A stretch of 64,000 nucleotides of DNA from Eledone cirrhosa (Eukaryota), in contig OZ024756.1 in NCBI GenBank assembly GCA_964016885.1, positions 19,840,001 through 19,904,000 on the forward strand, given 5' to 3'. The notes below the pieces were generated by a model. The model was not told the origin of the DNA and made no database searches. It was given only the letters and a program-made list of their open reading frames with translations. Made by a program: the position numbers and the translations under genes. Positions 25,837-39,242 of this stretch are shown here, one piece after another; position 1 is the first letter of the stretch, and the number at the start of each line of letters is the position of its first letter.

Positions 25837-26020
25837 TGTTTCTACTTTAGGCACAAGGCCAGCAATTACCCAGTACATTACTGGTACTTTATTTTATCGA
25901 CCCCGTAAGGATGAAAGGCAAAGTTAACCTCGGCGGGATTTGAACTCAGACTGTAAAGGGACGTAACTATGCTAGAAAGCATGGCGTCCGACCCTCTACC
26001 GATACTGCCAATCCACCGCC
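25837..26020 (-). mobile_element. Full-length Meta-like SINE with 15-bp target-site duplication
   Basis: CAAATCCATAATAAT at 25822-25836 and 26021-26035. Confidence 0.85.
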
Positions 26021-27146
26021 CAAATCCATAATAATGATTTCTGATTTAAGCAGAAGGGCAAGAATTTTTGGGGATGATGACCCTGTGATAAATAGGCGAA
26101 ACTCCAGAGTAACAAGACTCACTATTTAGTCATAATAAAATGAATGTTAAAACTCTACTTCGGTATTGAGTGCACCTTTCTCTCAGCCGTCAACCAAATA
26201 CGAATATATATATATATTGTACTCGCGATAAACTTATATATATATAAGTCTATACAAATCGACATTTCTACTCCGATTGATTTCAAACTTGCATTTATAT
26301 ATTCCTTGCGGTCTAAAGATATTAACTGCAGCTTTTATTTTTCAATTTTCTGTTGTTAAAGGGGTGTTAGGCGCCGGTTATCGATCTCTCTCTTTTTTTA
26401 GTCTGTCTTTTTAGATAGATACATAGCTATAACGTCGCGGCCTTATACTATCTGTCTGTATGTCTGGCTGTCTGCATTACGACATTATGACAAATATTGT
26501 TCTCATTGTTGACGTATTATCTTCGCTATTTTCCCTTCATTGCCAGGGAACGTCTTCACGAACGAAAGTATTGTCTTCCTGTTTTCTTTCGGTTGCAACG
26601 TTTTTCGAAATATTTACTTCTGCGTTCACAGATTGATTTTTTTAGTTTCAGAAGATCTCGTTAAGGGTGAAAGCAGCGATTCTTTGCTTAAACTTTAATC
26701 TGTTATTTTAATATATATATATATAATTATATATTCGTCTACAGATATTTTTGCATACACAAAAACAAAATATAAACAAACGTATTTATTTCACGAAAGC
26801 ACAGACGGCTTATCGTCATTGTTACTGCCGATATGCCACCCAAAAAGTTCCACTACTTTTGGCACAAGGCCAGCAATTACATAGTTAACGGTTCGGAAAT
26901 CACATGCATCACTGACGAGTTTACTCCTTACTCTACCAGCTAGTCTTAGTATACTTCGTCCTGCTCTTAGGCCATGCCTTGAAGGAAGCGATACTCCATT
27001 GGCCGAAATACTGCGAAAGCGGCAAGAAAAAGAACAAGGCAAGCAAACGAACCATCAGTGGAATCTGCTATTCGACGGTCGCAAGATGCTGAACATACTG
27101 CCACCAGAAGAGCACTTGAAACAGACAACCAACGAACCATTCGCCG

Positions 27147-27642
27147 AACCGTGTCAGCTTTGCAATGTCTATCATCAAATCCCAGGGTCAGACCCTAGCT
27201 GTTGCTGGTCTTCTTTTGCAGAGATTTTCACACGGGCAACTATATGTTGGCTGCTCAAGAGTGGGAAGCAATACAAATCTCTTTGCATATGCCCGACACG
27301 GAAGAACAAGGAACATTGTGTACGAGGAGGTGCTATTGTCGTTGTTTAGGTAGACAAGGCAGAAGAGGATATACACGATTGGCTGAAGAATGGCAAGACT
27401 GTATTAGTAGTAAAGGAACGGCTGCTATCACACCATCAGCAGCAAAAACAACAACAAAAAAAGAGAGGGAACGCAATTACATGCTTTTGAAAAATCTTAA
27501 TGGAAAATTATTTGCCTAAGCACAAATGTAGACACCATCCCCAGGCCGGGGTATTCCGTACTTCTCTGTACTGTTTCAGAAAGGAGGGATAAGCATGCCA
27601 ATCTATGTTTAAATCCCGAGCAACGCCGGGCCATTCTGCTAT
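27147..27642 (+). mobile_element. Helitron 3' remnant (PIF1-like helicase C-terminus plus terminal hairpin)
   Basis: FAMSIIKSQGQTL...FSHGQLYVGCSRVG...TRNIVYEEVL matches helicase motifs V/VI. The 3' hairpin CCCGAGCAACGCCGGG precedes a CTAT end. Confidence 0.85.
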
Positions 27643-27727
27643 ATATATATATATATATAATTTTTCATTCGCACCGTTTCCTTTCGCTATATGTCTCTCC
27701 ACCACTCCCCTACACACCTTTTGAACT

Positions 27728-27765
27728 CTCACCTGAAGAAGGGCTTATGCCCGAAACGTCGTCCC
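27728..27765 (+). ncRNA. Minimal hammerhead motif of Penelope-associated type
   Basis: CTGAAGA-A-GGGC TTAT GCCC-GAAAC-GTCGTC. Stem I is unclear. Confidence 0.55.
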
Positions 27766-27848
27766 CCACCTACCCCCCACTCTCCTGAGCGTGAATTTAA
27801 TAAACATTTATCGTACTGCCTCTCTGTTCTGTCCCTGTTCAATTTTTC

Positions 27849-27902
<54 letters not shown>

Positions 27903-28052
27903 GAGTTCAATCGGGGGTAACCAGAGTGAGTAAGGTACTCAATACATAGCAGGGTATACATTTTTAATATAGATATGGCTTCTACAGGACTAGAAATTTC
28001 AGTCTCCCGAATGAAATAGTTCTAGTCCCGTAGAAGCCATTTTTCTCTCTCA

Positions 28053-28091
<39 letters not shown>

Positions 28092-28184
28092 GTATATATT
28101 TGAAAGAGGAGTAAGGTTCTATATATATCCGTATGTAGTTGACGGCTGAGAGAAAGGCATATTCAATATACCGAAGTGTGTGTA

Positions 28185-28234
<50 letters not shown>

Positions 28235-28282
28235 TATGTATGTATACGTACATACATATATGCATACAGACGTACAGTAGCA

Positions 28283-28380
<98 letters not shown>

Positions 28381-28545
28381 CATATATGCACACAGGTACA
28401 CATACATATATGCACGCATCAGTTTAGCCGACGTTTATTATAACGCAGCTTTGTTCGTTTGTTTGTCAACAAACAGAACAGCCTGAATTTATGCCATACG
28501 GTGTTAAGGCAACCACGTCACCTTTTTGTTCAACACTGACACAGG

Positions 28546-28590
28546 AACGATGTACTAGTTTCAAGCTTGTTAGCTATCATCAGCACCGTT
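28546..28590 (-). ncRNA. Type-I hammerhead ribozyme (unit 1)
   Basis: Minus strand reads AACGGTG-CTGATGA-TAGCT AACA AGCTT-GAAA-CTAG-TA-CATCGTT. Confidence 0.88.
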
Positions 28591-28825
28591 TACCCATCTG
28601 CGAGATAGTTGAACGTTCGAAAGTATATACTTTCCTTATAAAAAATTAACGGCTGAGCAGCCTAATTTGCATATTGAGTGAGTTAAATCGGTCAGGCATA
28701 CCGAAAACGATAAGTTGAAAAAAATGAAAACGAAATTTCATTTCTCACTCTTAGTATGGCACTTACTTAAATGTAAGTATGTATGTATACGTACATACAT
28801 ATATGCATACAGACGTACAGTAGCA

Positions 28826-28885
<60 letters not shown>

Positions 28886-29044
28886 TGCACACAGGTACAC
28901 ATACGTATATGCACGCATCAGTTTAGCCGACGTATATTATAACGCAGCTTTGTTCGTTTGTTTGTCAACAAACAGAACAGCCTGAATTTATGCCATACGG
29001 TGTTAAGGCAACCACGTCACCTTTTTGTTCAACACTGACACAGG

Positions 29045-29089
29045 AACGATGTACTAGTTTCAAGCTTGTTAGCTATCATCAGCACCGTT
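29045..29089 (-). ncRNA. Type-I hammerhead ribozyme (unit 2)
   Basis: Identical to the unit 1 motif and 499 nt away from it. Confidence 0.88.
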
Positions 29090-29323
29090 TACCCATCTGC
29101 GAGATAGTTGAACGTTCGAAAGTATATACTTTCCTTATGAAAATTAACGGCTGAGCAGCCTAATTTGCATATTGAGTGAGTTAAATCGGTCAGGCATACC
29201 GAAAACGATAAGTTGAAAAAAATGAAAACGAAATTTCATTTCTCACTCTTAGTATGGCACTTACTTAAATGTAAGTATGTATGTATACGTACATACATAT
29301 ATGCATACAGACGTACAGTAGCA

Positions 29324-29399
<76 letters not shown>

Positions 29400-29726
29400 T
29401 ATACATATATGCACACAGGTACACATACATATATGCACGCATCAGTTTAGCCGACGTTTATTATAACGCAGCTTTGTTCGTTTGTTTGTCAACAAACAGA
29501 ACAGCCTGTATGCATATATGTATGTACGTATACATACATACTTACATTTAAGTAAGTGCCATACTAAGAGTGAGAAATGAAATTTCGTTTTCATTTTTTT
29601 CAACTTATCGTTTTCGGTATGCCTGACCGATTTAACTCACTCAATATGCAAATTAGGCTGCTCAGCCGTTAATTTTCATAAGGAAAGTATATACTTTCGA
29701 ACGTTCAACTATCTGGCAGATGGGTA

Positions 29727-29771
29727 AACGGTGCTGATGATAGCTAACAAGCTTGAAACTAGTACATCGTT
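29727..29771 (+). ncRNA. Type-I hammerhead ribozyme (inverted unit)
   Basis: AACGGTG CTGATGA(29734) TAGCTAACAAGCTT GAAA(29755) CTAGTA CATCGTT. GUA triplet at 29762-29764. Confidence 0.88.
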
Positions 29772-29940
29772 CCTGTGTCAGTGTTGAACAAAAATGTGAC
29801 GTGGTTGCCTTAACACCGTATGGCATAAATTCAGGCTGTTCTGTTTGTTGACAAACAAACGAACAAAGCTGCGTTATAATAAACGTCGGCTAAACTGATG
29901 CGTGCATATATGTATGTGAACCTGTGTGCATATATGTATA

Positions 29941-30014
<74 letters not shown>

Positions 30015-30125
30015 TGCTACTGTACGTCTGTATGCATATATGTATGTACGTATACATACATACTTACATTTAAGTAAGTGCCATACTAAGAGTGAGAAAT
30101 GAAATTTCGTTTTCATTTTTTTCAA

Positions 30126-30322
<197 letters not shown>

Positions 30323-30430
30323 TATATATATATATAACGAAGGAGTTGTGGTAAGGAACCAGATGGACCATAACGCACCAGAAATAGCCGTCAAAACGGC
30401 TTGAGCTCTGCCGTCGGGGTCATACTTTCT

Positions 30431-30500
<70 letters not shown>

Positions 30501-30906
30501 TACATACCTATAACACCAGTTGTGTAATGATTTTTAAAAGTCAAATGTTAGTTATTCAAGGCGTGGTCATTTGGCTGTCTGTTTTATTGTAGGCAGTCGT
30601 TTTCTCGATTGCTTTTATATCATGTGCCTAAAGTAGAAACAAATATCTTATTCTAGGTCGGTGGATTGGCAGTATAGTTAGAGAGTCAGACGCCATGCTT
30701 TGCAGCGCGGAGTTACGTCCCTTTACGATCTGAGTTCAAATTCCGCCGAGGTTAACTTTGCCTTTCATCCTTACGGGGTCGATAAAATAAAGTACCAGTA
30801 ATACACTGGAATAAATGCTCGCCTTGTGCCAAAAATAGAAACAATTATTATCTTATTCTCCGCATAAAAGACAACACACGGATATACGGACACATGGGAC
30901 ATACGG

Positions 30907-30952
<46 letters not shown>

Positions 30953-31357
30953 ATATATATATATACACTCACACAAGCACACATATACAAGCACACATAC
31001 AGACATGTCTCTCTGTCTCTCTCGTTCAAACACAGTCTCACACATACAAGCACACACACACACATACACACACATGCACATACACACACGCGCGCACTCT
31101 CTCTTTCACACACTCTTCCCCCCCCCCTCGCTTTCTCTTTACAACAGCTGTTCAGATCATATAGAACACACAAAAAAAAACCCAGATAACTTTAAACAAA
31201 TAGAATAGAACAAAATACAAAATACAAGATAAAATATAAAATAGAAAAAGCTACAATACTCGAATGAAATCGAATCAAAGTTCTGCCTCAAATGATTTAA
31301 TTAATAAAATACTTTCTACGTGGAGATTGTAAAGTTTACATGTCACAGTGAGGAGTA

Positions 31358-34287
31358 ATTGTAGAGTGAAGATCTACAGGAGATAATACTTTCTATGTTG
31401 GATATTGTAGAGTGAAGGTCTACAGGAGATACTACTTTCTACGTTGGATATTGTAGAGTGATGGTCTACAGGAGATAATACTTTCTATGTTGGATATTGT
31501 AGAGTGATGGTCTACAGGAGATAATACTTTCTATGTTGGATATTGTAGAGTGATGGTCTACAGGAGATAATACTTTCTATGTTGGATATTGTAGAGTGAA
31601 GATCTACAGGAGATAATACTTTCTATGTTGGATATTGTAGAGTGAAGATCTACAGGAGATAATACTTTCTACGTTGGATATTGTAGAGTGAAGATCTACA
31701 GGAGATAATACTTTCTACGTTGGATATTGTAGAGTGAAGGTCTACAGGAGATAATACTTTCTACGTGGATATTGTAGAGTGATGGTCTACAGGAGATAAT
31801 ACTTTCTATGTTGGATATTGTAGAGTGATGGTCTACAGGGGATAATACTTTCTATGTTGGATATTGTAGAGTGATGGTCTACAGGAGATAATACTTTCTA
31901 TGTGGATATTGTAGAGCGAAGGTCTACAGGAGATAATACTTTCTATGTTGGATATTGTAGAGTGAAGGTCTACAGGAGATAATACTTTCTATGTTGGATA
32001 TTGTAGAGTGAAGGTCTACAGGAGATACTACTTTCTATGTTGGATATTGTAGAGTGAAGGTCTACAGGAGATAATACTTTCTATGTTGGATATTGTAGAG
32101 TGAAGGTCTACAGGAGATACTACTTTCTATGTTGGATATTGTAGAGTGAAGGTCTACAGGAGATAATACTTTCTATGTTGGATATTGTAGAGTGAAGGTC
32201 TACAGGAGATACTACTTTCTATGTTGGATATTGTAGAGTAATGTCTACAGGAGATAATACTTTCTATGTGGATATTGTAGAGTAAAGGTCTACAGGAGAT
32301 AATACTTTCTATGTGGATATTGTAGAGTGAAGATCTACAGGAGATAATACTTTCTATGTGGATATTGTAGAGTGATGGTCTACAGGAGATAATACTTTCT
32401 ACGTTGGATATTGTAGAGTGAAGATCTACAGGAGATAATACTTTCTACGTGGATATTGTAGAGTGAAGATCTACAGGAGATAATACTTTCTATGTTGGAT
32501 ATTGTAGAGTGAAGGTCTACAGGAGATAATACTTTCTAAGTGGATATTGTAGAGTGAAGATCTACAGGAGATAATACTTTCTATGATGGATATTGTAGAG
32601 TAAGGTCTACAGGAGATAATACTTTCTATGATGGATATTGTAGAGTAAGGTCTACAGGAGATAATACTTTCTACGTGGATATTGTAGAGTGAAGATCTAC
32701 AGGAGATAATACTTTCTATGTGGATATTGTAGAGTGATGGTCTACAGGAGATACTACTTTCTATGTTGGATATTGTAGAGTGAAGGTCTACAGGGGATAA
32801 TACTTTCTATGATGGATATTGTAGAGTAAGGTCTACAGGAGATAATACTTTCTATGATGGATATTGTAGAGTAAGGTCTACAGGAGATAATACTTTCTAT
32901 GTGGATATTGTAGAGCGATGGTCTACAGGAGATAATACTTTCTATGTTGGATATTGTAGAGTGAAGGTCTACAGGGGATAATACTTTCTATGTGGATATT
33001 GTAGAGCGAAGGTCTACAGGAGATAATACTTTCTATGTTGGATATTGTAGAGTGATGGTCTACAGGAGATAATACTTTCTATGTTGGATATTGTAGAGTG
33101 AAGGTCTACAGGAGATAATACTTTCTATGATGGATATTGTAGAGTAAGGTCTACAGGAGATAATACTTTCTATGTGGATATTGTAGAGTGATGGTCTACA
33201 GGAGATAATACTTTCTATGTGGATATTGTAGAGCGAAGGTCTACAGGAGATAATACTTTCTATGTGGATATTGTAGAGTGAAGGTCTACAGGAGATAATA
33301 CTTTCTATGTGGATATTGTAGAGTGAAGATCTACAGGAGATAATACTTTCTATGTGGATATTGTAGAGTGATGGTCTACAGGGGATAATACTTTCTATGT
33401 GGATATTGTAGAGCGAAGGTCTACAGGAGATAATACTTTCTATGTTGGATATTGTAGAGTGATGGTCTACAGGAGATAATACTTTCTATGTTGGATATTG
33501 TAGAGTGAAGGTCTACAGGGGATAATACTTTCTATGTGGATATTGTAGAGCGAAGGTCTACAGGAGATAATACTTTCTATGTGGATATTGTAGAGTAAGG
33601 GCTAAAGGAGATAATACTTTCTACGAGGATATTGTAGAGTGAAGGTCTACAGGGGATAATACTTTCTATGTTGGATATTGTAGAGTGAGAGATAATACTT
33701 TCTATGTTGGATATTGTAGAGTGATGGTCTACAGGAGATAATACTTTCTATGTGGATATTGTAGAGCGAAGGTCTACAGGAGATAATACTTTCTATGATG
33801 GATATTGTAGAGTAAGGTCTACAGGAGATAATACTTTCTATGTGGATATTGTAGAGTGATGGTCTACAGGAGATAATACTTTCTATGTGGATATTGTAGA
33901 GTGATGGTCTACAGGAGATAATACTTTCTATGTGGATATTGTAGAGTGATGGTCTACAGGAGATAATACTTTCTATGTGGATATTGTAGAGTGATGGTCT
34001 ACAGGAGATAATACTTTCTATGTGGATATTGTAGAGTGATGGTCTACAGGAGATAATACTTTCTATGTGGATATTGTAGAGTAAGGGCTAAAGGAGATAA
34101 TACTTTCTACGAGGATATTGTAGAGTGAAGGTCTACAGGGGATAATACTTTCTATGTGGATATTGTAGAGTGATGGTCTACAGGAGATAATACTTTCTAT
34201 GTGGATATTGTAGAGTGAAGGTCTACAGGAGATAATACTTTCTACGAGGATATTGTAGAGTCAAGTATTACAGGAGCTAATACTTTT
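31358..34287. repeat. ~2.9-kb minisatellite, 45-46-bp unit (~60+ copies)
   Basis: TACAGGAGATAATACTTTCTATG(T)TGGATATTGTAGAGTGAAGGTC repeated. Confidence 0.95.
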
Positions 34288-34699
34288 GTGGGAAGTAATT
34301 TACCAAAGAAAAGCGATGGGAGTGAATACTTCGTTAGAGTTCCTCTAAACGACATTTCAAAAGTGGATTGCTGTGTTATGGTATGACTGACTAAACATTT
34401 GTACATTTCCTATTCTGCGATGATATAATGTATTGCCATGTTTTAATTAACTAACTTTATTATATACATCTATACATGTATACATCTATACGTATGTCTA
34501 CACATACGCCAGAACGTACATATATACATATTTACATAATACGTACATACGTACGTAAATATATACATATTTACACACATATTATACATAGATAGATACA
34601 TACATACGTACATATATACAAACATGTATACATACATAGAATCATACTTACATACATACTTACATGCATAGATACATACACACTTACATACATACATAT

Positions 34700-35976
34700 A
34701 TTCATATTTAGATTATTTCTTTTTTCTCAGGTATTTTCCAAGAGAAACGTTTTTCGATCCAGAATTACCTCCTCTTTATCACATCACTAATACATCTAGT
34801 GAAAACTGAAAGCCACAGAACTGTAACACCGATTCCCAGCCGGTAGAAACATTAGTTTATAACTTTGCCTATTAATCCGTATGGTGAGCAAATGGAGTCC
34901 CACGTGCTGTCCCCCCCCCCCCCCTCCACAGCGTCGGCGGACAGGATGGAGAAGGCGTTTCCCCGGAGGATGGTAAGGGAGATGCGCTGGAAGAGCCATT
35001 CCAACTCACGAGACTCACACCTGCGGCTGGCCAGCTCAGCGCCTATGGTGGTGAGTAGGGAGGTAGCCCTAGGGACAAGGACACCAGAAGTCTCCACTGC
35101 CAAGGGCACGACCGCGAACCTGTCGGAGAGTGACCGGTACTTGGAGAGTTTGGCCTCCTCAGCCCGACGTGCAGCAGTACCTGGGTTAGTTGCAGACTGC
35201 ACCAGGTTGCGGCTGGAGAAAGTGTCGCTGCAAGTGGCATCCCAGACGAGGGGTTTTCCATCGCAACGGGAAGATGGTCATAGCGTCTGGCCTTTTGCCA
35301 TCCTCTCGGTCCAGTCCCACCGGCTCGAGCTGGCAGGGGAAGCCTGCAGTGTCCAAGTCATGCTTAATGACCTCATTGAGGGCAGCATGGCGTGGAAGGC
35401 GGCCGGCACTGTGGCGACAGGAAGGCGGGTGGAGTCCGAAAGAGTCCACGGTGGATCCACAACGACATTTATGTGTCTCCCAGATCCGGAGTCCAAGCTT
35501 CAAGGAAACGCCGATGCGCAGGCTGTGGTTATCCAGCTGCGTGCCAGTGGAGAAGGAGGGCAAGGCAAAGAGTCAGGAACCACTGAGGGGTTTGGAGGCC
35601 GCGAGAAAACAAGCAAGGCGGTGCTGCTCGAGCTGGCGCGTGAGCCTGTCTGAGGCCAGGCTGCACTGGATGGCATCCCATACGCTTTGGGAGGACATGA
35701 CGTCAGCAGAGGGAGAAGGAGGAGGGACGTCTACCGGGCTAAGTCCCAGCCTGTCCCACGTCTCACAGGTGACCTCACGTTCCCTGAACACAGAGGGTTC
35801 TATTGTGTTTTGGAGAACCCTGCTGACGAGGACGCGGCATGAGGTTACCGATGAAAGAAACGTCGGCAAAGCCAGTGAGATCGTTGACCTGATGCCAAGG
35901 CCGCCATACCTGACCGGTAAAGTGGCCTGTTGCCACCCAATGTCGTCAAACCTGACGTTGCATATCTCCTCGTCTG
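34700..35976 (-). mobile_element. CRE-like non-LTR retrotransposon, 5'-truncated and frameshifted (post-RT region, CCHC finger, RLE endonuclease)
   Basis: ORFs 35573-35989, 35186-35563 and 34852-35202 give WQQATLPVRYGGLGIR; CRCG...GLH..SC...RH..LN; DGKRPD...WDATC; AEEAKLSKY; PLAVETSG; FQRISLTILRGNA. Confidence 0.85.
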
Positions 35977-36238
35977 CATACATACACACATATTTACGTA
36001 CGTATATTTCATAGGCTTTGAAGTGGTCCCTAAAGCCAACTGTTTACATGCAGATTCTATTACAGATTTCACAGGTGTGTCTCAGCACCATATGTATTTT
36101 TCTAACTACCATTAATATGTGACATGGTAAGGTGACTTATTAAACCGGATTTTCACCGTCATATCTTATTACAATTGGTCACTTGAAGATGCTTGTCTGG
36201 CTAGCACGTGACTTTGGCGGGTTAATCAATTCTGTCGT

Positions 36239-36293
<55 letters not shown>

Positions 36294-36455
36294 CATATCT
36301 CTATATCTCTCTCTCTCTATATATATATATATATACATATATATATACATATATATACATATACATATCTACATACATACATATATATATATACATATAT
36401 ACATTCATGCATATATACATATACATATATATACATACATGCGTATATACATACA

Positions 36456-36545
<90 letters not shown>

Positions 36546-36588
36546 CATATAAATATATACACACGTATATATACACACACATACAAAT

Positions 36589-36635
<47 letters not shown>

Positions 36636-36860
36636 CACATGTATACAAATGCATATACATACATATATATTTATATACATATGCGCGCATATAAACAAAC
36701 ATGCTCACACTGACATATATATGTCAGTGTGAGCATGTTCATGTGTATGTGTGTATATGTGTGCACATGTATGTATGTATGTGCACACATACACATACAT
36801 ACACACACATATTAATGTATTAATGTATGTATGTATATGTGTCTGTATGTGCATGTCTAG

Positions 36861-37037
36861 GAGGGTCGGCTGAAAAGTTCATAGGCTGAATACGAAGAAG
36901 TGATGCTAGAGCAGTGAAATCTTGCATTCATTAATTTCCATTCTTCCTATCAATAACTGCATTGTTCCTTTCTATGTTGAAAAATAAACCTCATTTAACT
37001 TATCTTGGTTAGCCTATCAACTTTTCAGCCGACCCTA
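36861..37037. mobile_element. Mariner-type MITE
   Basis: TIRs GGGTCGGCTGAAAAGTTCATAGGCT / AGCCTATCAACTTTTCAGCCGACCC, in TA-rich flanks. Confidence 0.8.
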
Positions 37038-37149
37038 GTGTGTATGTGTGTGTATATGTAAATAAATGGGTACCTGTGTATATGTATGTCTATATTTACA
37101 TGTATGTGTAGATATATATATATAGATATGTATATCAGATAGACGTTAA

Positions 37150-37202
<53 letters not shown>

Positions 37203-37499
37203 ATCTATGCTTGTATGTATATATCTATATATGTATGTATGTCAGGTCACCAGTTGGTACTACTGGTAACATGTATCCAAGTCCAACCTGTCCCATGGTC
37301 GGGTCGTTGGCGACTAAACTGGCAACCCCACCAAGGTTTCTTGGTGAGGAGGGTGACTTTGGACATCCTGCAGGACTAAAAACAAAACCTGTCAAAGGGC
37401 AAAGGAGCTCTTAAGAGTCAATGGCCATCCAAAATCACCGGGAGAGATGACCCCTTAGCCTTTGTCAAGGCAGAATTCTAGGAGAAGGAGAACTCTGAT

Positions 37500-37848
37500 A
37501 TAACACCTGCAACTCTGATGGTATCCAATGATGTTGACTTGTTCTTCTTTTTGGTAAATATCTTGGTTAAGAGAGTGGGACTGGCTTTGTGCAGTGCCTT
37601 TGCTCACTATAAAAGCTTCACGGCACAGGCATTGCTTTATATCTGGAGATTTCCTTGCACTTGTCGTCACATGGTACCATGGGCCCAGCATTATGTGTCA
37701 ATAATTGTCACAAGTGTAGTGTTTGTACCAGAGTTTTCAAGTCGCTGGCTGGACTAAAAAGTCACACTCGTTCAGCGCATCGGTAGGGGTTCTCCTACAT
37801 GGATATAAAGTAGTGGCCGTACTCGAAAACGAGTTGGCAGCCACCATA
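37500..37848 (+). mobile_element. LINE (RTE-like) 3' remnant ending in a C2H2-type finger
   Basis: ~37715-37786 translates as CSVCTRVFKSLAGLKSHTRSAHR*, followed by a short UTR and a TA-rich tail. Confidence 0.55.
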
Positions 37849-37996
37849 TATGTATATATATACGTCTCTGGGTGTACCTATATTTATATGTACCTGTATA
37901 CATATACATATACTTGAATATGTGTATATATGTATGTATGTATATGTATGTATATGCGAGTGCATATATGTGTGTGTGTATATACATATGTGCCTT

Positions 37997-38036
<40 letters not shown>

Positions 38037-38091
38037 AAGGCACATATGTATATACACACACACATATATGCACTCACATATACATACACAT

Positions 38092-38146
<55 letters not shown>

Positions 38147-38279
38147 GAGGTTATATTTAATTTGTTGGGATTCAACAAGCTTAAAGATTTTTATAACTGA
38201 TATAAAGCACTCAACAGGTTAGTGGAGTAAATAAACAATATATTAACAAATGGAAACTATATTTATAAAAACCATATTT

Positions 38280-38344
38280 ATTTTATTATACATATTTGAA
38301 GGGCCACCAAGGCAAATTATGGTGCGATTTCATCAGATAAAATA
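38280..38344 (-). ncRNA. Family A hammerhead motif, core mutated (GAAA to CAAA)
   Basis: Minus strand reads ATTTTAT CTGATGA AATCGCACCA...TGGTGGCCCTT CAAA TATGTA TA ATAAAAT. Confidence 0.6.
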
Positions 38345-38456
38345 CAATACAGATTAGTTTTATAAATAAATATTGACATACCCTGAAAGCTCCAACCGTT
38401 AAGGTTATCTTTTTTCAGGGTATGTCAATATTTATTCATAAAACTAATCTGTATTG

Positions 38457-38521
38457 TATTTTATCTGATGAAAGCGCACCATAATTTGCCTTGGTGGCCC
38501 TTGAAATATGTATAACAAAAT
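38457..38521 (+). ncRNA. Family A hammerhead motif (right arm of inverted repeat ~38235-38560)
   Basis: ATTTTAT CTGATGA(38465) AAG C GCACCA TAATTTGCCT TGGTGGC C CTT GAAA TATGTA TA ACAAAAT. Confidence 0.75.
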
Positions 38522-38559
38522 AAATATGGTTTTATAAATATACTTTCCATTTTTAATAT

Positions 38560-39006
<447 letters not shown>

Positions 39007-39171
39007 ACACTCATTACATGTGTGCAAGTACATCCACATATCCACCTACATATTTGTACACAAATGGATTGACCTACATATTTACAAATCCCCGTGACCG
39101 TCTTGACTTAAATGAAGAAGACTTGCCACTTCGGTTGTGACCGGTTTTAATTCGGAAGCTGCCCCCCCCCC

Positions 39172-39242
<71 letters not shown>

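Noticed and set aside
31358-34287. CRISPR-like array, or C2H2 zinc-finger-derived repeat (unit loosely reads TGDNTF..GYC)
   Set aside because: There are no unique spacers and the context is eukaryotic. The unit is 45-46 bp rather than 84 bp, lacks the His pair and contains stops.
37243-37330. Possible HDV-like ribozyme in a LINE 5' UTR-like segment (ACC TGTCCCAT GGT...GGCGACTAA)
   Set aside because: I could not assign convincing P1/P2 pairings by eye; an RNArobo or Infernal search would be needed.
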